From Planctomycetota bacterium (GTDB lineage Bacteria > Planctomycetota > Planctomycetia > Pirellulales > Pirellulaceae): a stretch of 64,000 nucleotides of DNA. The notes beneath the pieces were generated by a model that saw nothing but the letters and a program-made list of their open reading frames with translations, searched no databases and was not told the DNA's origin. The stretch's first letter is position 1, and each line of letters opens with the position of its first letter. The stretch lies in assembly GCA_003671195.1 (NCBI GenBank), contig QWPJ01000140.1, positions 1,329 through 65,328 of the forward strand. The letters are read 5' to 3'. Positions 10,228 to 19,721 of this stretch are shown one piece after another. The position numbers were made by a program, and so were the translations under genes.

Positions 10228-10957
10228 TCGCAGAAAAAAATCAAAAAAATTTTGACCTCGAAACAACCCACTCTCGACCTCTTACGAAGCACTCGAGCGC
10301 ACGCAGAGCGATCGCTCAAACATCCCTCGATCGATCGCAAAAGCCCAAACCAAACCCCTCTGATCCCAAGCGCAGCACAACGGGCTTGAGCGCAACGATT
10401 TGTTAGAAAAACCTCTGCGGTCGCGTGCAGCTAAACCTCCCGGACTACGAACGAACTACTGCTCGAACCCTTTGTTTTCATTGACAAATAAGACCTTGCG
10501 ACCCTGACGCAAAACACCCGCCCTGACTCAAAAGCAATCGCAAAACCAAAAGTTCATTTTTGCGAACTTACGCTAAAACACAATTACCATAAAGCCTATC
10601 GCACCGAAGTTCAGGCATGATAAACCGTCCCTTGAAATCCAGTCGCAAAGGCCTCTAGGGTCCAAGTCATAAGAACCTTTGAGGTTCAACATCCTCAAAA
10701 AAATCGTTTCATGTTTGTGGAAAAATTGTCGAAAAGATGTTGCATTCAAGTTCGAGTTTTATACAACTACTTGGAACTATGGTGTCCATAGCTCAAACGT
10801 TCGATCCTGTCACGGATCGATAGGTCATACGACCAGATCGAAAGTTTGCGGCGAAGGACGTTTTGTTTCGGTTGTCGGGTTCGACCCCTTGAGTCTGCTG
10901 CTTCGGACTAAAGGTGTCGCGACAATCATCATGTTTGGTTTATTGGAGGGCACAACC

Positions 10958-11134
10958 GTGGCCAAGAAAAAAGCTGGAGTAACGAAGGTAGCAACCAAGA
11001 AGGTTGCGACGAAGAAAGTAGCCAAGAAGAAGGCTGCGAAGAAGGCAGCTGCTCCTAAGAAGGCTGCTACCAAGAAGAAAGTAGCCAAGAAGAAGGCTGC
11101 TGTGAAGAAGACCACCACGAAGACCCCTTCGTAA
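10958..11134 (+). CDS. Histone H1-like Lys/Ala-rich basic protein (58 aa)
   Basis: GTG start 7 nt after GGAGGG; MAKKKAGVTKVATKKVATKKVAKKKAAKKAAAPKK...; followed by a terminator. Confidence 0.8.
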   Translation: MAKKKAGVTKVATKKVATKKVAKKKAAKKAAAPKKAATKKKVAKKKAAVKKTTTKTPS

Positions 11135-11192
11135 TCGCGTTGCTCTTCTAAGATTGACTTCCGTTCTGTCGGAGTCTCTTTTCAATCCATGC

Positions 11193-11228
11193 AACCGCTG
11201 AGCGGCCCAAGGCTCTCAGCGGTTTTTT
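11193..11228 (+). terminator. Intrinsic terminator
   Basis: AACCGCTGAG...CTCAGCGGTT stem followed by a T-run. Confidence 0.85.
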
Positions 11229-11307
11229 CGTTTCTACCTATCCTCCCTAAGTTCTCCTGTTTCCATTTTCCATCCACATAACCACACAACCGGCTATGCG
11301 GAATATA

Positions 11308-11458
11308 GCTCGTGCTCGTGCTCGTGCTCGGATGCTCGGATGCTCGGAATTGCTCAGTGGAATGGAGTAGAAGCTCGTGGTCAAACTCCTATTTGCCGAT
11401 GCTGAACTCCTTTCGAGCACGAGCACGAGTACCGTTTCACTGAGCACGAGCACGAAGC
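11308..11458. repeat. REP/REPIN-like inverted repeat built on (GAGCAC)n
   Basis: Left (GCTCGT)n...GCTCAGTGGAATGG; right CGAGCACGAGCACGAGTACCGTTTCACTGAGCACGAGCACG. Confidence 0.7.
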
Positions 11459-11483
11459 AACCACACAACCCAAGGAAAGCCCG

Positions 11484-12587
11484 ATGAGAGAGGAATCCCA
11501 AGAGGAATCCCAAGAGGTATCCCAAGCTGCCTTGTTTCACGGCCCTAACTCTCCCTGGGAAATCCGAACCGCTCAGAGAAGAACAACAGAGAACTCCGAA
11601 ATCCTCGTCCGAGTCGTTCTGTGCTCGATCTGCGGAAGCGACCTACATACCATCTGCGGCCGAAGGCACGCACAGACTCCCGCAATCCTAGGTCACGAAA
11701 TCGTCGGCCAAATTGTTCAATTCGGCCCCTTAGCTCCACGCACAGATCTGGCAGGAAACCACCTGCAAATCGAAGATCGCATCGTATGGACCATCGTCGC
11801 CAACTGCGGTAAATGCTACTTCTGCCAACACGACCTGCCCCAAAAGTGCATCCATGGATACAAGTACGGACATCAACAGGTCCAAAATGACAGCGCTTGG
11901 CACGGAGGGTTTGCCTCCCACTGCACTCTCATGGCCGGAACCCATATCGTCAAACTCCCAGAACAAATCGACGAGCGATCGGCTGCACCCTTAAGCTGCG
12001 CTACGGCGACCATCGCCGCCGCGATCCGTACCGCAAACCTCGTAGGCCACGAAACAGTCCTGATCCTAGGAGCCGGGATGCTCGGCCTGACGGCCTGCGC
12101 TTTTGCCAACAAACAGTATCCCTGGAATGTTGTTTGTATCGAACGCGACAGCCATCGCCGGCAATTGGCCAAACAGTTCGGCGCGACGAGCACCGCCGAA
12201 CCGAACTCCATGACCCTCGATCCAAACGACTCGATCATCCCCTACGGTTTTGACGTCGTTCTGGAATGCTCCGGTACCAACGACGGTGCCCTCGAAGCTC
12301 TCCGCCTTGCTCGTACCGGTGGACGAATCATCCTCGTCGGGGCCGTCTTCCCCTCCCAACCCGCTCCGATCGTCCTGGAAACCATCGTCCGCAAGCAACT
12401 CTCGATCCACGGCGTGCATAACTACCAAAGCCAAGATCTACTGGCCGCCGTCGAATTCATGACCAAGCACCACCGAGACTTCCCGTTCGCACAACTCATC
12501 GAACACTGCTACGGACTCGAGGATATTCAAAACGCGATCAACTCGGCTCAAGACCCACGGAATATCCGAGTCGCCATCCGTCCCTAG
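11484..12587 (+). CDS. Zinc-binding alcohol dehydrogenase (resembles the phosphonate-associated HpnZ type)
   Basis: CSICGSDLH, GHE, CGKCYFC...C, GAGMLG, GVHNY. Confidence 0.88.
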   Translation: MREESQEESQEVSQAALFHGPNSPWEIRTAQRRTTENSEILVRVVLCSICGSDLHTICGRRHAQTPAILGHEIVGQIVQFGPLAPRTDLAGNHLQIEDRIVWTIVANCGKCYFCQHDLPQKCIHGYKYGHQQVQNDSAWHGGFASHCTLMAGTHIVKLPEQIDERSAAPLSCATATIAAAIRTANLVGHETVLILGAGMLGLTACAFANKQYPWNVVCIERDSHRRQLAKQFGATSTAEPNSMTLDPNDSIIPYGFDVVLECSGTNDGALEALRLARTGGRIILVGAVFPSQPAPIVLETIVRKQLSIHGVHNYQSQDLLAAVEFMTKHHRDFPFAQLIEHCYGLEDIQNAINSAQDPRNIRVAIRP

Positions 12588-13491
12588 CCGACTCGACCTC
12601 CCGAAGCACCTTGGCCACCCTCTGGCGATCCTCAGGCCGAAATCGGTGAAACGGATCGGCCAGAAAATCGTCGCAAATCCCCAGCAGCGACACTCCACAC
12701 TTGGTCCCCTTGATGTGCCTCGATGCGTACTTGCCTATGTCATAAATCCTCTGCAAGCTCTCGATCTGCCGCTGCAACAATCGACTTCCCGCCGTATCCC
12801 CTCGAACAACCGACTCGATCAGGCTCACAAACAGGTTCGGATACAAATTCGCTCCCCCTGCGACCCCACCGTCGGCTCCTAACTCCATAGCCCTTGCCAA
12901 CAACGCCTCAGGACCAATCATGATCGACCAATCGGATCGCAGTCGCTTAAGCCCCACGGCACGTTGAAAATAATCCATGTCCCCACTGCTATCCTTCAAT
13001 CCAACAATCTGGGAATGATCGCTCAGAGCCTCCAGCGTTGGTATCTCAAACCATACCTTCGTCAGCGAAGGGATGTTGTAGAGCATCACCGGCAGTGGCA
13101 ACTCCGGAACAAGTTGATCGACGTAATTCTTGAGCTCCGTTTGACCGGCAGGAAAATAATAAGGGGTCGATAGAACCAAACCCGACGCTCCACTCGCAGC
13201 CGCATGCTCGGCCAATCGCACCGTCTCGACAAACGACGGGTCGGTGATCCCTACGAGAACCGGAACCCGAGCAGCCACCTTCTCGACCGTCCTGGAAACG
13301 ACCTCCTGCTGCATCCGATGACTCAAACTCGGCGCCTCTCCGGTCGTACCCAATACAAATACTCCACCAACCCCACCCTCAATCAAATGATCGACCAATC
13401 GCCCAAGCCCCTCGGTGTCCAAACGGTCCCGGACCGTCATCGGAGTGACCATCGGAGGTATTAACCCAGAAAACTTCTGCTGTGCCATCAT
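12538..13491 (-). CDS. Dihydrodipicolinate synthase/N-acetylneuraminate lyase family protein
   Basis: PPMVTP, VLGTTGE, LYNIPS, GLKDSSGD. Confidence 0.9.
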   Translation of the reverse strand: MMAQQKFSGLIPPMVTPMTVRDRLDTEGLGRLVDHLIEGGVGGVFVLGTTGEAPSLSHRMQQEVVSRTVEKVAARVPVLVGITDPSFVETVRLAEHAAASGASGLVLSTPYYFPAGQTELKNYVDQLVPELPLPVMLYNIPSLTKVWFEIPTLEALSDHSQIVGLKDSSGDMDYFQRAVGLKRLRSDWSIMIGPEALLARAMELGADGGVAGGANLYPNLFVSLIESVVRGDTAGSRLLQRQIESLQRIYDIGKYASRHIKGTKCGVSLLGICDDFLADPFHRFRPEDRQRVAKVLREVESARDGWRLGYSVGLEPS

Positions 13492-13577
13492 GCCATCTCG
13501 CGACAAAAATAAGGTATCGTAAAGCAAACATTAGGACCTGACCGCCCGCCTCGATGCTCCGGCGAACAACGGCCGAT

Positions 13578-13663
13578 CGGCTACCGACACACGGCTACCG
13601 ACTCACGGCTACCCAATCCAAGGGGGCCCAATCCACGGGTGCCCAATTCAAGGGAGCCCAATT
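13578..13663. repeat. Intergenic short tandem repeats (14-mer x~3 then 15-mer x~3.5)
   Basis: CGGCTACCGACACA/CGGCTACCGACTCA/CGGCTACC, then CCCAATCCAAGGGGG/CCCAATCCACGGGTG/CCCAATTCAAGGGAG/CCCAATT. Confidence 0.75.
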
Positions 13664-13714
13664 ATAGTCCCCCTCCCAACCATTTCGGCACCCACTTCAT
13701 TTCACCATCATCAA

Positions 13715-15787
13715 ATGCACAGCGGTATCTTAATCCTCTGCAATGCCTTCCTCCTTTTCCTCATCCAACCCATCCTAGGCAAATCCCTCCTACCCAAATG
13801 GGGCGGGACGGCACACGTTTGGACTACGTGCCTGCTGTTCTTTCAAACCGCACTGCTGGCCGGATACCTCTACGCTTGGAAAATCGACAAAAAACCTAGC
13901 CTCTCGGCCCAAGCCACTCTCCACGCAGCCCTATGGGCAGTCTCCGCGACCCTCATCCCCGCTCTGGCCTTCTTCCCCGCAATCCTCCCCGAACTGACCG
14001 CATTTCCGACCCTGGCTATCCTCCTGGAACTGACCCTTCGCATCGGGCTGCCCTTCCTTCTGATGGCCAGCACCAGCTCGCTGCTCTCGGCTTGGCATTT
14101 CCGGACCTCACACACCCAACACCCCTACGCTTGGTACGCCCTTGCGAACCTGACCTCCTTGGCCGCCTGCCTGCTTTACCCCATCGCAATCGAACCTTCG
14201 ATCGACTCTTCGAGACAACAAAACCTCTGGATGCTCCTTTACGGATTGCTCGCCCTGGGAATGATTCTGCACTGTTTAAACATCGCCCGAGGCTCCCAAG
14301 ACATCCTGCCCCGAGATCCGATCGCATCGCCTGCAAACCAACAGAGAAACCCTTGGCTTTGCCTCAGCCTGTCGGCTTGCTCCTCGATCGTCCTGGCTGC
14401 GACCACGAACCATGCGAGCCAAGCCGGCATGATCGTACCGGGGCTCTGGGTGCTCCCTCTTGCGATTTACCTAGCCACCTGGTGGCTGGCCTTCTGGCAC
14501 CCGATCTTTCAATCCTGGATCGCTCAAACAGGCCTGTTTTACCTAGGCTCCCTATGCGGATTGAGCGCCGTCGTCTTGAAACTATGGCTCCCCTGGTACG
14601 GCCTAGTCGCTCTCTGCATTGCGGCACTGGCTTGCATCGCACTTGCATGCCATGGACTGATCTACCGACTGCGTCCCTCGTCCGAATCGATGCCCGGCTT
14701 CTACCTGCAAATCGCTATGGGAGGTGCGCTGGGCTCGCTGTTCGCCTCGGTGATCGCCCCTTGGTGCATGAACGACTACTACGAACTCCATGCAGGGATA
14801 GCCCTAGGTGCCCTGGCTCTTGCTTGGTTCCACTCCCGAGATCTTTACCCCAAGCTCTTCGACGATCCGATGACTCGCCGGTTCTCATGGCCCCTGACCA
14901 TCCTGTGCCCAACACTCCTGCTGGCCGCCATGACGATGCTCCTGGTGACCCCAAGCCTCGAAGCATGCATCGATAAAGAAAGGGACTTCTACGGCGTCGT
15001 GACCGTCATCGAAAACCAAAAACAAGGAATCCGTGCCATGCTCCACGGACGTATCCGACATGGCACAGAGCCCCTCGAAGGTCCCTTGCACCCAGACCAA
15101 ACCACCTACTACCAAAGCGACTCAGGAGCCGCTCTGGCTTTCGGCTGGTGCCAGAGCCACTTCTCCCAACCTCTGAACGTCGCCGTGCTCGGACTAGGCA
15201 CAGGATCGCTATCGCTCTATGCCCGCGCTCAAGACTCCATGCGATACTACGAAATCAGCCCCGCAGTATGCCAAATGGCCGAGAAACACTTTCGCTACCT
15301 AAGCTCCCATCGCGGTTTGACCGAAATCCTAGTCGGCGACGGCCGAAAACTCCTCGAACGCGAAACCCTCAAGCCCGGTACACCGGCACACCACCTGATC
15401 GTCGTCGACGCTTTCTCAAGCGACTCGCTTCCGATCCACCTGCTGACGACCCAAGCCCTCGAACTCTACAAACAACGCCTTGCCCCCGAAGGAATCCTGG
15501 CGCTGAACATCACCAACCGAAACCTCGACCTCGCACCCATCTTGTTTGCTACGGCCAAACAAGCCGCCCTCAAACCCCTACTGGTCGAGTCAAAACTCTC
15601 ACCCTTCGAACCTCCAACCAGACAAGTCCGCTGGTTGCTGTTGTTCCCACCCGACGCAACCCTCCCGGCCTGGCCCGGTGCGAGGGACCAACTGGCCCCC
15701 TCGAACCGCCCCTCGGATAGCACCGCTTCGAACCGGCCGGTATGGACCGACCAGTTCGCTAGCCCCCTGCACGCGATGCGATGGTGA
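13715..15787 (+). CDS. Fused membrane (MFS-like)/spermidine synthase-like SAM-dependent domain protein
   Basis: Many TM helices, then DFYGV, HGRIRHG, VLGLGTGS, YEISP, GDGR, VDAFSSDSLPIHLLT. Confidence 0.9.
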   Translation: MHSGILILCNAFLLFLIQPILGKSLLPKWGGTAHVWTTCLLFFQTALLAGYLYAWKIDKKPSLSAQATLHAALWAVSATLIPALAFFPAILPELTAFPTLAILLELTLRIGLPFLLMASTSSLLSAWHFRTSHTQHPYAWYALANLTSLAACLLYPIAIEPSIDSSRQQNLWMLLYGLLALGMILHCLNIARGSQDILPRDPIASPANQQRNPWLCLSLSACSSIVLAATTNHASQAGMIVPGLWVLPLAIYLATWWLAFWHPIFQSWIAQTGLFYLGSLCGLSAVVLKLWLPWYGLVALCIAALACIALACHGLIYRLRPSSESMPGFYLQIAMGGALGSLFASVIAPWCMNDYYELHAGIALGALALAWFHSRDLYPKLFDDPMTRRFSWPLTILCPTLLLAAMTMLLVTPSLEACIDKERDFYGVVTVIENQKQGIRAMLHGRIRHGTEPLEGPLHPDQTTYYQSDSGAALAFGWCQSHFSQPLNVAVLGLGTGSLSLYARAQDSMRYYEISPAVCQMAEKHFRYLSSHRGLTEILVGDGRKLLERETLKPGTPAHHLIVVDAFSSDSLPIHLLTTQALELYKQRLAPEGILALNITNRNLDLAPILFATAKQAALKPLLVESKLSPFEPPTRQVRWLLLFPPDATLPAWPGARDQLAPSNRPSDSTASNRPVWTDQFASPLHAMRW

Positions 15788-15788
15788 A

Positions 15789-17381
15789 CTAACGCATCAA
15801 CTGCGGCCTGTTGTGCTCGACGACAAACTCGGCTCGGGTCTGAAGCTCCGCTCCCGGACGGTCGACATACTCGACAGTCCGGTAAAAGGTTTGCCACTGG
15901 CCCTCGGTCACCCTACAAGAAACATAACCGCGTTCAGCATTGTGGAACTTGATGAACGGATTCTCCTCGAACAACTCGTCTTCCTGCTTGCTCTTGGCAT
16001 ACCCATTGCCCCCCGATGAAATACTCGTCCCGACAAACTCCACGGCCACCGGACCGTCATCGAGCTTATCGAAGTCCTCATAGAGCTCATTGGCCCAATT
16101 GCTGTGGATATCGCCCGTGAGGACCACCGTATTGGCCTGCTCCATCTGCTTGAGCTGACCCAAAAGCCGCTTGCGCGGCGCATCGTACCCAGACCATTGG
16201 TCCATGCTGTAAAGCTTCGACTCGCCCGAACTGCGCCCCACACGACCGACCATCACCTGCTGGCCCAGTACATTCCAACGCGCTTCGGATTCCTGAAGAT
16301 GAGCAAACAACCACGCCTCCTGCTGCGAACCGAGCATCGTCGACTTCGGATGCATCGCTCCCCCATCGAGCTTCTTGGCGCCATCCCCATTGGGCTGATC
16401 GGATCGGTACTGCCTGGTATCGAGCATCGCAAAACTCGCTAACTTCCCATAAGCGATGTCCCGATACAACTTCATGTCCGCACCGATAGGCATCGAACCA
16501 ACTCCTAGCGGTTGGTTTTCATAATACGCCTGATACGCGTTGGCGCGGCGAAGTGCAAACTCGCGAGGATCGACCCACAACTCCTCGGAGATCAATCCCG
16601 CACAATTGTTGTCGAACTCATGATCGTCCCATACCACCAACCATGGCGCATAAGCATGAGCGGCCTGGAGCTGCTCGTCGGATTTGTACAAACCATAGCG
16701 ATTGCGGTAGTCATCTAGGCTGACAATCTCCGGACTGTTGTGCTTGCGCAAGGAACTCCGACCAGGTGGCCCCTCGTAGATGTAATCCCCCAAATGCAAA
16801 ATCAAATCGAGCTCCTCGGTGACCATGTGCTCGTAAGCCGTAAACAAGCCCGACTCGTAATGCTGGCACGAGGCAAAAGCAAACCGCAACTCGTCGACCA
16901 TCTGCTCGGATCCAGGAGTCGTTCGCGTCCTACCGATCGGACTGCTCGCATCCCCACTGTGAAACCGATACCAATACCATCGGTTCGACTCCAATCCATG
17001 CACCTGAACATGCACCGAATGCCCCAACGCCTCGGTCGATAAGACTTTGCCACTCTTGAGGATTGTCTTCATCGATGGATCGTCGGATAACTCCCAAACC
17101 ACCTCGATCGGCCCCTTGGGATTCCCCCCAATGTCCACCGGATCGATCGCTAACCTCGTCCATAGCACCATGCCGCTACTGCTCGGCTCCCCCGATGCAA
17201 CCCCCAACGTAAACGGATCGCTTGCCCAAGTGATCCTGGATCGCACCGCTCCTGGGGCGATCTGCGATGCCAATGGCAAAATCGCAAGACTCCCGCCAGC
17301 CATCAAAAACTCTCTGCGACTTGCGACGAACCTTTCCGCCAATTGCCAGTCTTTTCGGGTCCCAAAAAATCGCGGTCGCAT
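15789..17381 (-). CDS. phoD: Alkaline phosphatase D
   Basis: Tat motif SRREFL; FTLGVASG, LHLGDYIYE, WDDHE, LDTRQYR, TGDIHSNW. Confidence 0.95.
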   Translation of the reverse strand: MRPRFFGTRKDWQLAERFVASRREFLMAGGSLAILPLASQIAPGAVRSRITWASDPFTLGVASGEPSSSGMVLWTRLAIDPVDIGGNPKGPIEVVWELSDDPSMKTILKSGKVLSTEALGHSVHVQVHGLESNRWYWYRFHSGDASSPIGRTRTTPGSEQMVDELRFAFASCQHYESGLFTAYEHMVTEELDLILHLGDYIYEGPPGRSSLRKHNSPEIVSLDDYRNRYGLYKSDEQLQAAHAYAPWLVVWDDHEFDNNCAGLISEELWVDPREFALRRANAYQAYYENQPLGVGSMPIGADMKLYRDIAYGKLASFAMLDTRQYRSDQPNGDGAKKLDGGAMHPKSTMLGSQQEAWLFAHLQESEARWNVLGQQVMVGRVGRSSGESKLYSMDQWSGYDAPRKRLLGQLKQMEQANTVVLTGDIHSNWANELYEDFDKLDDGPVAVEFVGTSISSGGNGYAKSKQEDELFEENPFIKFHNAERGYVSCRVTEGQWQTFYRTVEYVDRPGAELQTRAEFVVEHNRPQLMR

Positions 17382-17494
17382 GATAAAATCCTCGTCGAAA
17401 TTTCTACTCAAAAGGGCAGGGGAGCCTTACCCAAGCTATCCGGCCTGTTATACCCTAGCGGGTCCATCCAATTCAAGAATCAGGAAATGAAGCT

Positions 17495-18229
17495 ATGGCA
17501 AATTATTCCTACCTAGACCTCGCCAAGATGATCGACCACTCCTTACTGGTCCCAACCATGACGATCGAGGACCTCGAGCGCGGAATCGATCTAGCCATCG
17601 CTTACGATGTCGCCAGCGTCTGCATCATGCCCTACTACCTCAAACGCGCCTCGAACCGGTTGGCCGGTACCAACGTCAAATCCTCGACAACCATCGGATT
17701 CCCACACGGCGCAAATCGCCCCTCGATCAAACGGCTCGAGACAATCGCCGCTCTGGATGACGGTTGCCAAGAACTCGATGTCGTCGTGAACATCAGCCAA
17801 GTCCTAAGCCTTCAATGGGATTTCGTCCGCGACGAAATCGCGATGCTCACCGATCTGGCACACCAAGCCGGCCAAAAAATCAAAGTCATCTTCGAAAACT
17901 GCTACCTCAAAGACTCCCACAAAATCGAACTGTGCCGTATCTGTAGCGAACTAGAAGTCGACTGGGTCAAAACCTCCACCGGCTACGGGCCCTCAGGAGC
18001 CACCATCGAGGACCTCAAACTCATGCGGGCTCACGTCTCTCCAGAGGTCGAAGTCAAAGCCGCAGGGGGCGTACGCGATCTGGCCACCCTCCTGGCCGTC
18101 CGAGATCTAGGAGTCTCTCGCTGCGGTTCGAGCCGCACGCGTGAACTCCTCGACCCAGCCCGCGCAACGCTGGGCCTAGAACCGATCGTCATCCCCAATA
18201 CAACCTCATCGAATCTGCCGAACTACTGA
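17495..18229 (+). CDS. deoC: Deoxyribose-phosphate aldolase
   Basis: MIDHSLL, IGFPHG, ELDVVVN, KVIFE, VKTSTG, VKAAGGVR. Confidence 0.95.
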   Translation: MANYSYLDLAKMIDHSLLVPTMTIEDLERGIDLAIAYDVASVCIMPYYLKRASNRLAGTNVKSSTTIGFPHGANRPSIKRLETIAALDDGCQELDVVVNISQVLSLQWDFVRDEIAMLTDLAHQAGQKIKVIFENCYLKDSHKIELCRICSELEVDWVKTSTGYGPSGATIEDLKLMRAHVSPEVEVKAAGGVRDLATLLAVRDLGVSRCGSSRTRELLDPARATLGLEPIVIPNTTSSNLPNY

Positions 18230-18264
18230 GGTTCCGCCCAACTCGAAACCTGTTCGACCCATAC

Positions 18265-19080
18265 TCAATCGAACAGGATCTTATAGACCGTCTTGGTCTC
18301 GTCGAGCATGCTCGGCAGATGCCGCACTAGGATCTGTTGCTCCGCATCGCCTCCGACAGTATTGCCGTCAGCAATCACCGGACCATTCTGGATCAAGTAA
18401 TGGGCGATATTCGAAATGAACTCGAACAGGTCCTCAGGCGATAACTTGCACCGATCGACCTCCAGATCCATCATGTTGAATTGTTGCATCCCAAGGGTAT
18501 ACATGCCAAGCTCGTCGTCGGCACCACGGACGAATTGAAACCGAAGCCAAAGCGGAACCGGGACCTGTTCGAGCGACATCCCCTCGCTAAAACTCTCAAA
18601 GACGGATCGGGAATTGCTCACGTTGGCATTCCCCCAGTAAACCCCGAGTCCATCGAAGATCTCCAAGGCGACCAAGGCCAGACGGGTCACTTCCAAGGCC
18701 GCCTCGATCGGCGGTTCGTCCCCTGAATGCATCGTCGTGACAATCACATGCGACTGGTGCTCGGCAGCCTCTTGCTTGCCCTCGGGCCACAAGAAATTCC
18801 CCTCGGCATTGTTCTGTGCCTCCTGACCCGGGATCGGTACGGGCATGTGCGCCAAAAAACCAACCGTGTCTTGACCCCGCTGAACCACGAAAATATTCGG
18901 ATCGCTACAGTCGACCGAGTACCCTGGACCAAATACCCTTACGACGGCTCGGGAGGCTAAAGCCGGATCGCCTAACTCGGCCGTCTTGCACAAGACAAAA
19001 CAATGCCTCGGCGCATTCTCGTTGGCAGAGGGCTTCTTCTTCGGGGTCTTGTTCCTTCGGAATCGATCAAAAAGCGACAT
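18265..19080 (-). CDS. DUF4261 domain-containing protein
   Basis: C-terminal MYTLGMQQF..DLE..IAHYLIQNGPVIADGNTVG. Confidence 0.75.
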   Translation of the reverse strand: MSLFDRFRRNKTPKKKPSANENAPRHCFVLCKTAELGDPALASRAVVRVFGPGYSVDCSDPNIFVVQRGQDTVGFLAHMPVPIPGQEAQNNAEGNFLWPEGKQEAAEHQSHVIVTTMHSGDEPPIEAALEVTRLALVALEIFDGLGVYWGNANVSNSRSVFESFSEGMSLEQVPVPLWLRFQFVRGADDELGMYTLGMQQFNMMDLEVDRCKLSPEDLFEFISNIAHYLIQNGPVIADGNTVGGDAEQQILVRHLPSMLDETKTVYKILFD

Positions 19081-19136
19081 GATGTTCCTGTCTGTCAAAA
19101 ACCAATATCAATAGACTAACCGCCAGTCTCCAGCCT

Positions 19137-19721
19137 CTAGCCTCCGACCTGCTTGGTCAACGCCCGCTGCAAATCCAACAACGCATTGGTCTCGTCGTGC
19201 GAGGTCTTATCCCCAAGACCCAAGATACCCCCAGAAGCCTTCGCAATTCGCTTGGCGCGCTCGATCGTCGCTTGCCGTAAAACCTCCAGACTCGGCTCGT
19301 CGAGCTCCCTGGAAAGCGCCCCGGCATAGGCGATCCAAGCCTCGATCATCGACTCGCTGGGACGCTCGTCGAGCCAACGGCTGAGCAAGCGGTACGATGG
19401 GGTTCCATAGACGATCCCATCCTCCTCGGCCGCCTTGAGCAACGCTGCGAACTCCCCCTGAGAAACCTTCGTGTCTGCCCATGCCAAACGGACCAACGGT
19501 AAAAGCGCAAAGGCGGTCATCGCCGATGGTCCCACCCCAAGGTGCTCGAGCCTTGAGAGCACCTCGGGATCCTTGACCCCTGCGGCCCGCTGCAATGCAT
19601 CTTGCTTTTGCTGCTGCTCTTCGAGTCCAACTTGCCCAAGAAACTCCAAGAGCTCTTGGTCCCGATCCGTAAAAAACGCATCGTGCAGCGCCTGACGCTG
19701 TTTATCCAAAGTCTCACTCAT
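19137..19721 (-). CDS. Conserved hypothetical protein, TerB-like helical domain
   Basis: LPLVRLAWADTKVSQGE motif; ASGGILGLG..S..E C-terminus; start overlaps the upstream stop. Confidence 0.7.
   Translation of the reverse strand: MSETLDKQRQALHDAFFTDRDQELLEFLGQVGLEEQQQKQDALQRAAGVKDPEVLSRLEHLGVGPSAMTAFALLPLVRLAWADTKVSQGEFAALLKAAEEDGIVYGTPSYRLLSRWLDERPSESMIEAWIAYAGALSRELDEPSLEVLRQATIERAKRIAKASGGILGLGDKTSHDETNALLDLQRALTKQVGG

Noticed and set aside
10610-10680. c-di-GMP-I riboswitch-like words (GAAA...CGCAAAG)
   Set aside because: The required P1/P2 pairings could not be built.
10781-10890. tRNA-like fragments (GTCCATAGCTCAA; GTCGGGTTCGACCCC)
   Set aside because: No acceptor-stem pairing, anticodon arm or correct spacing.
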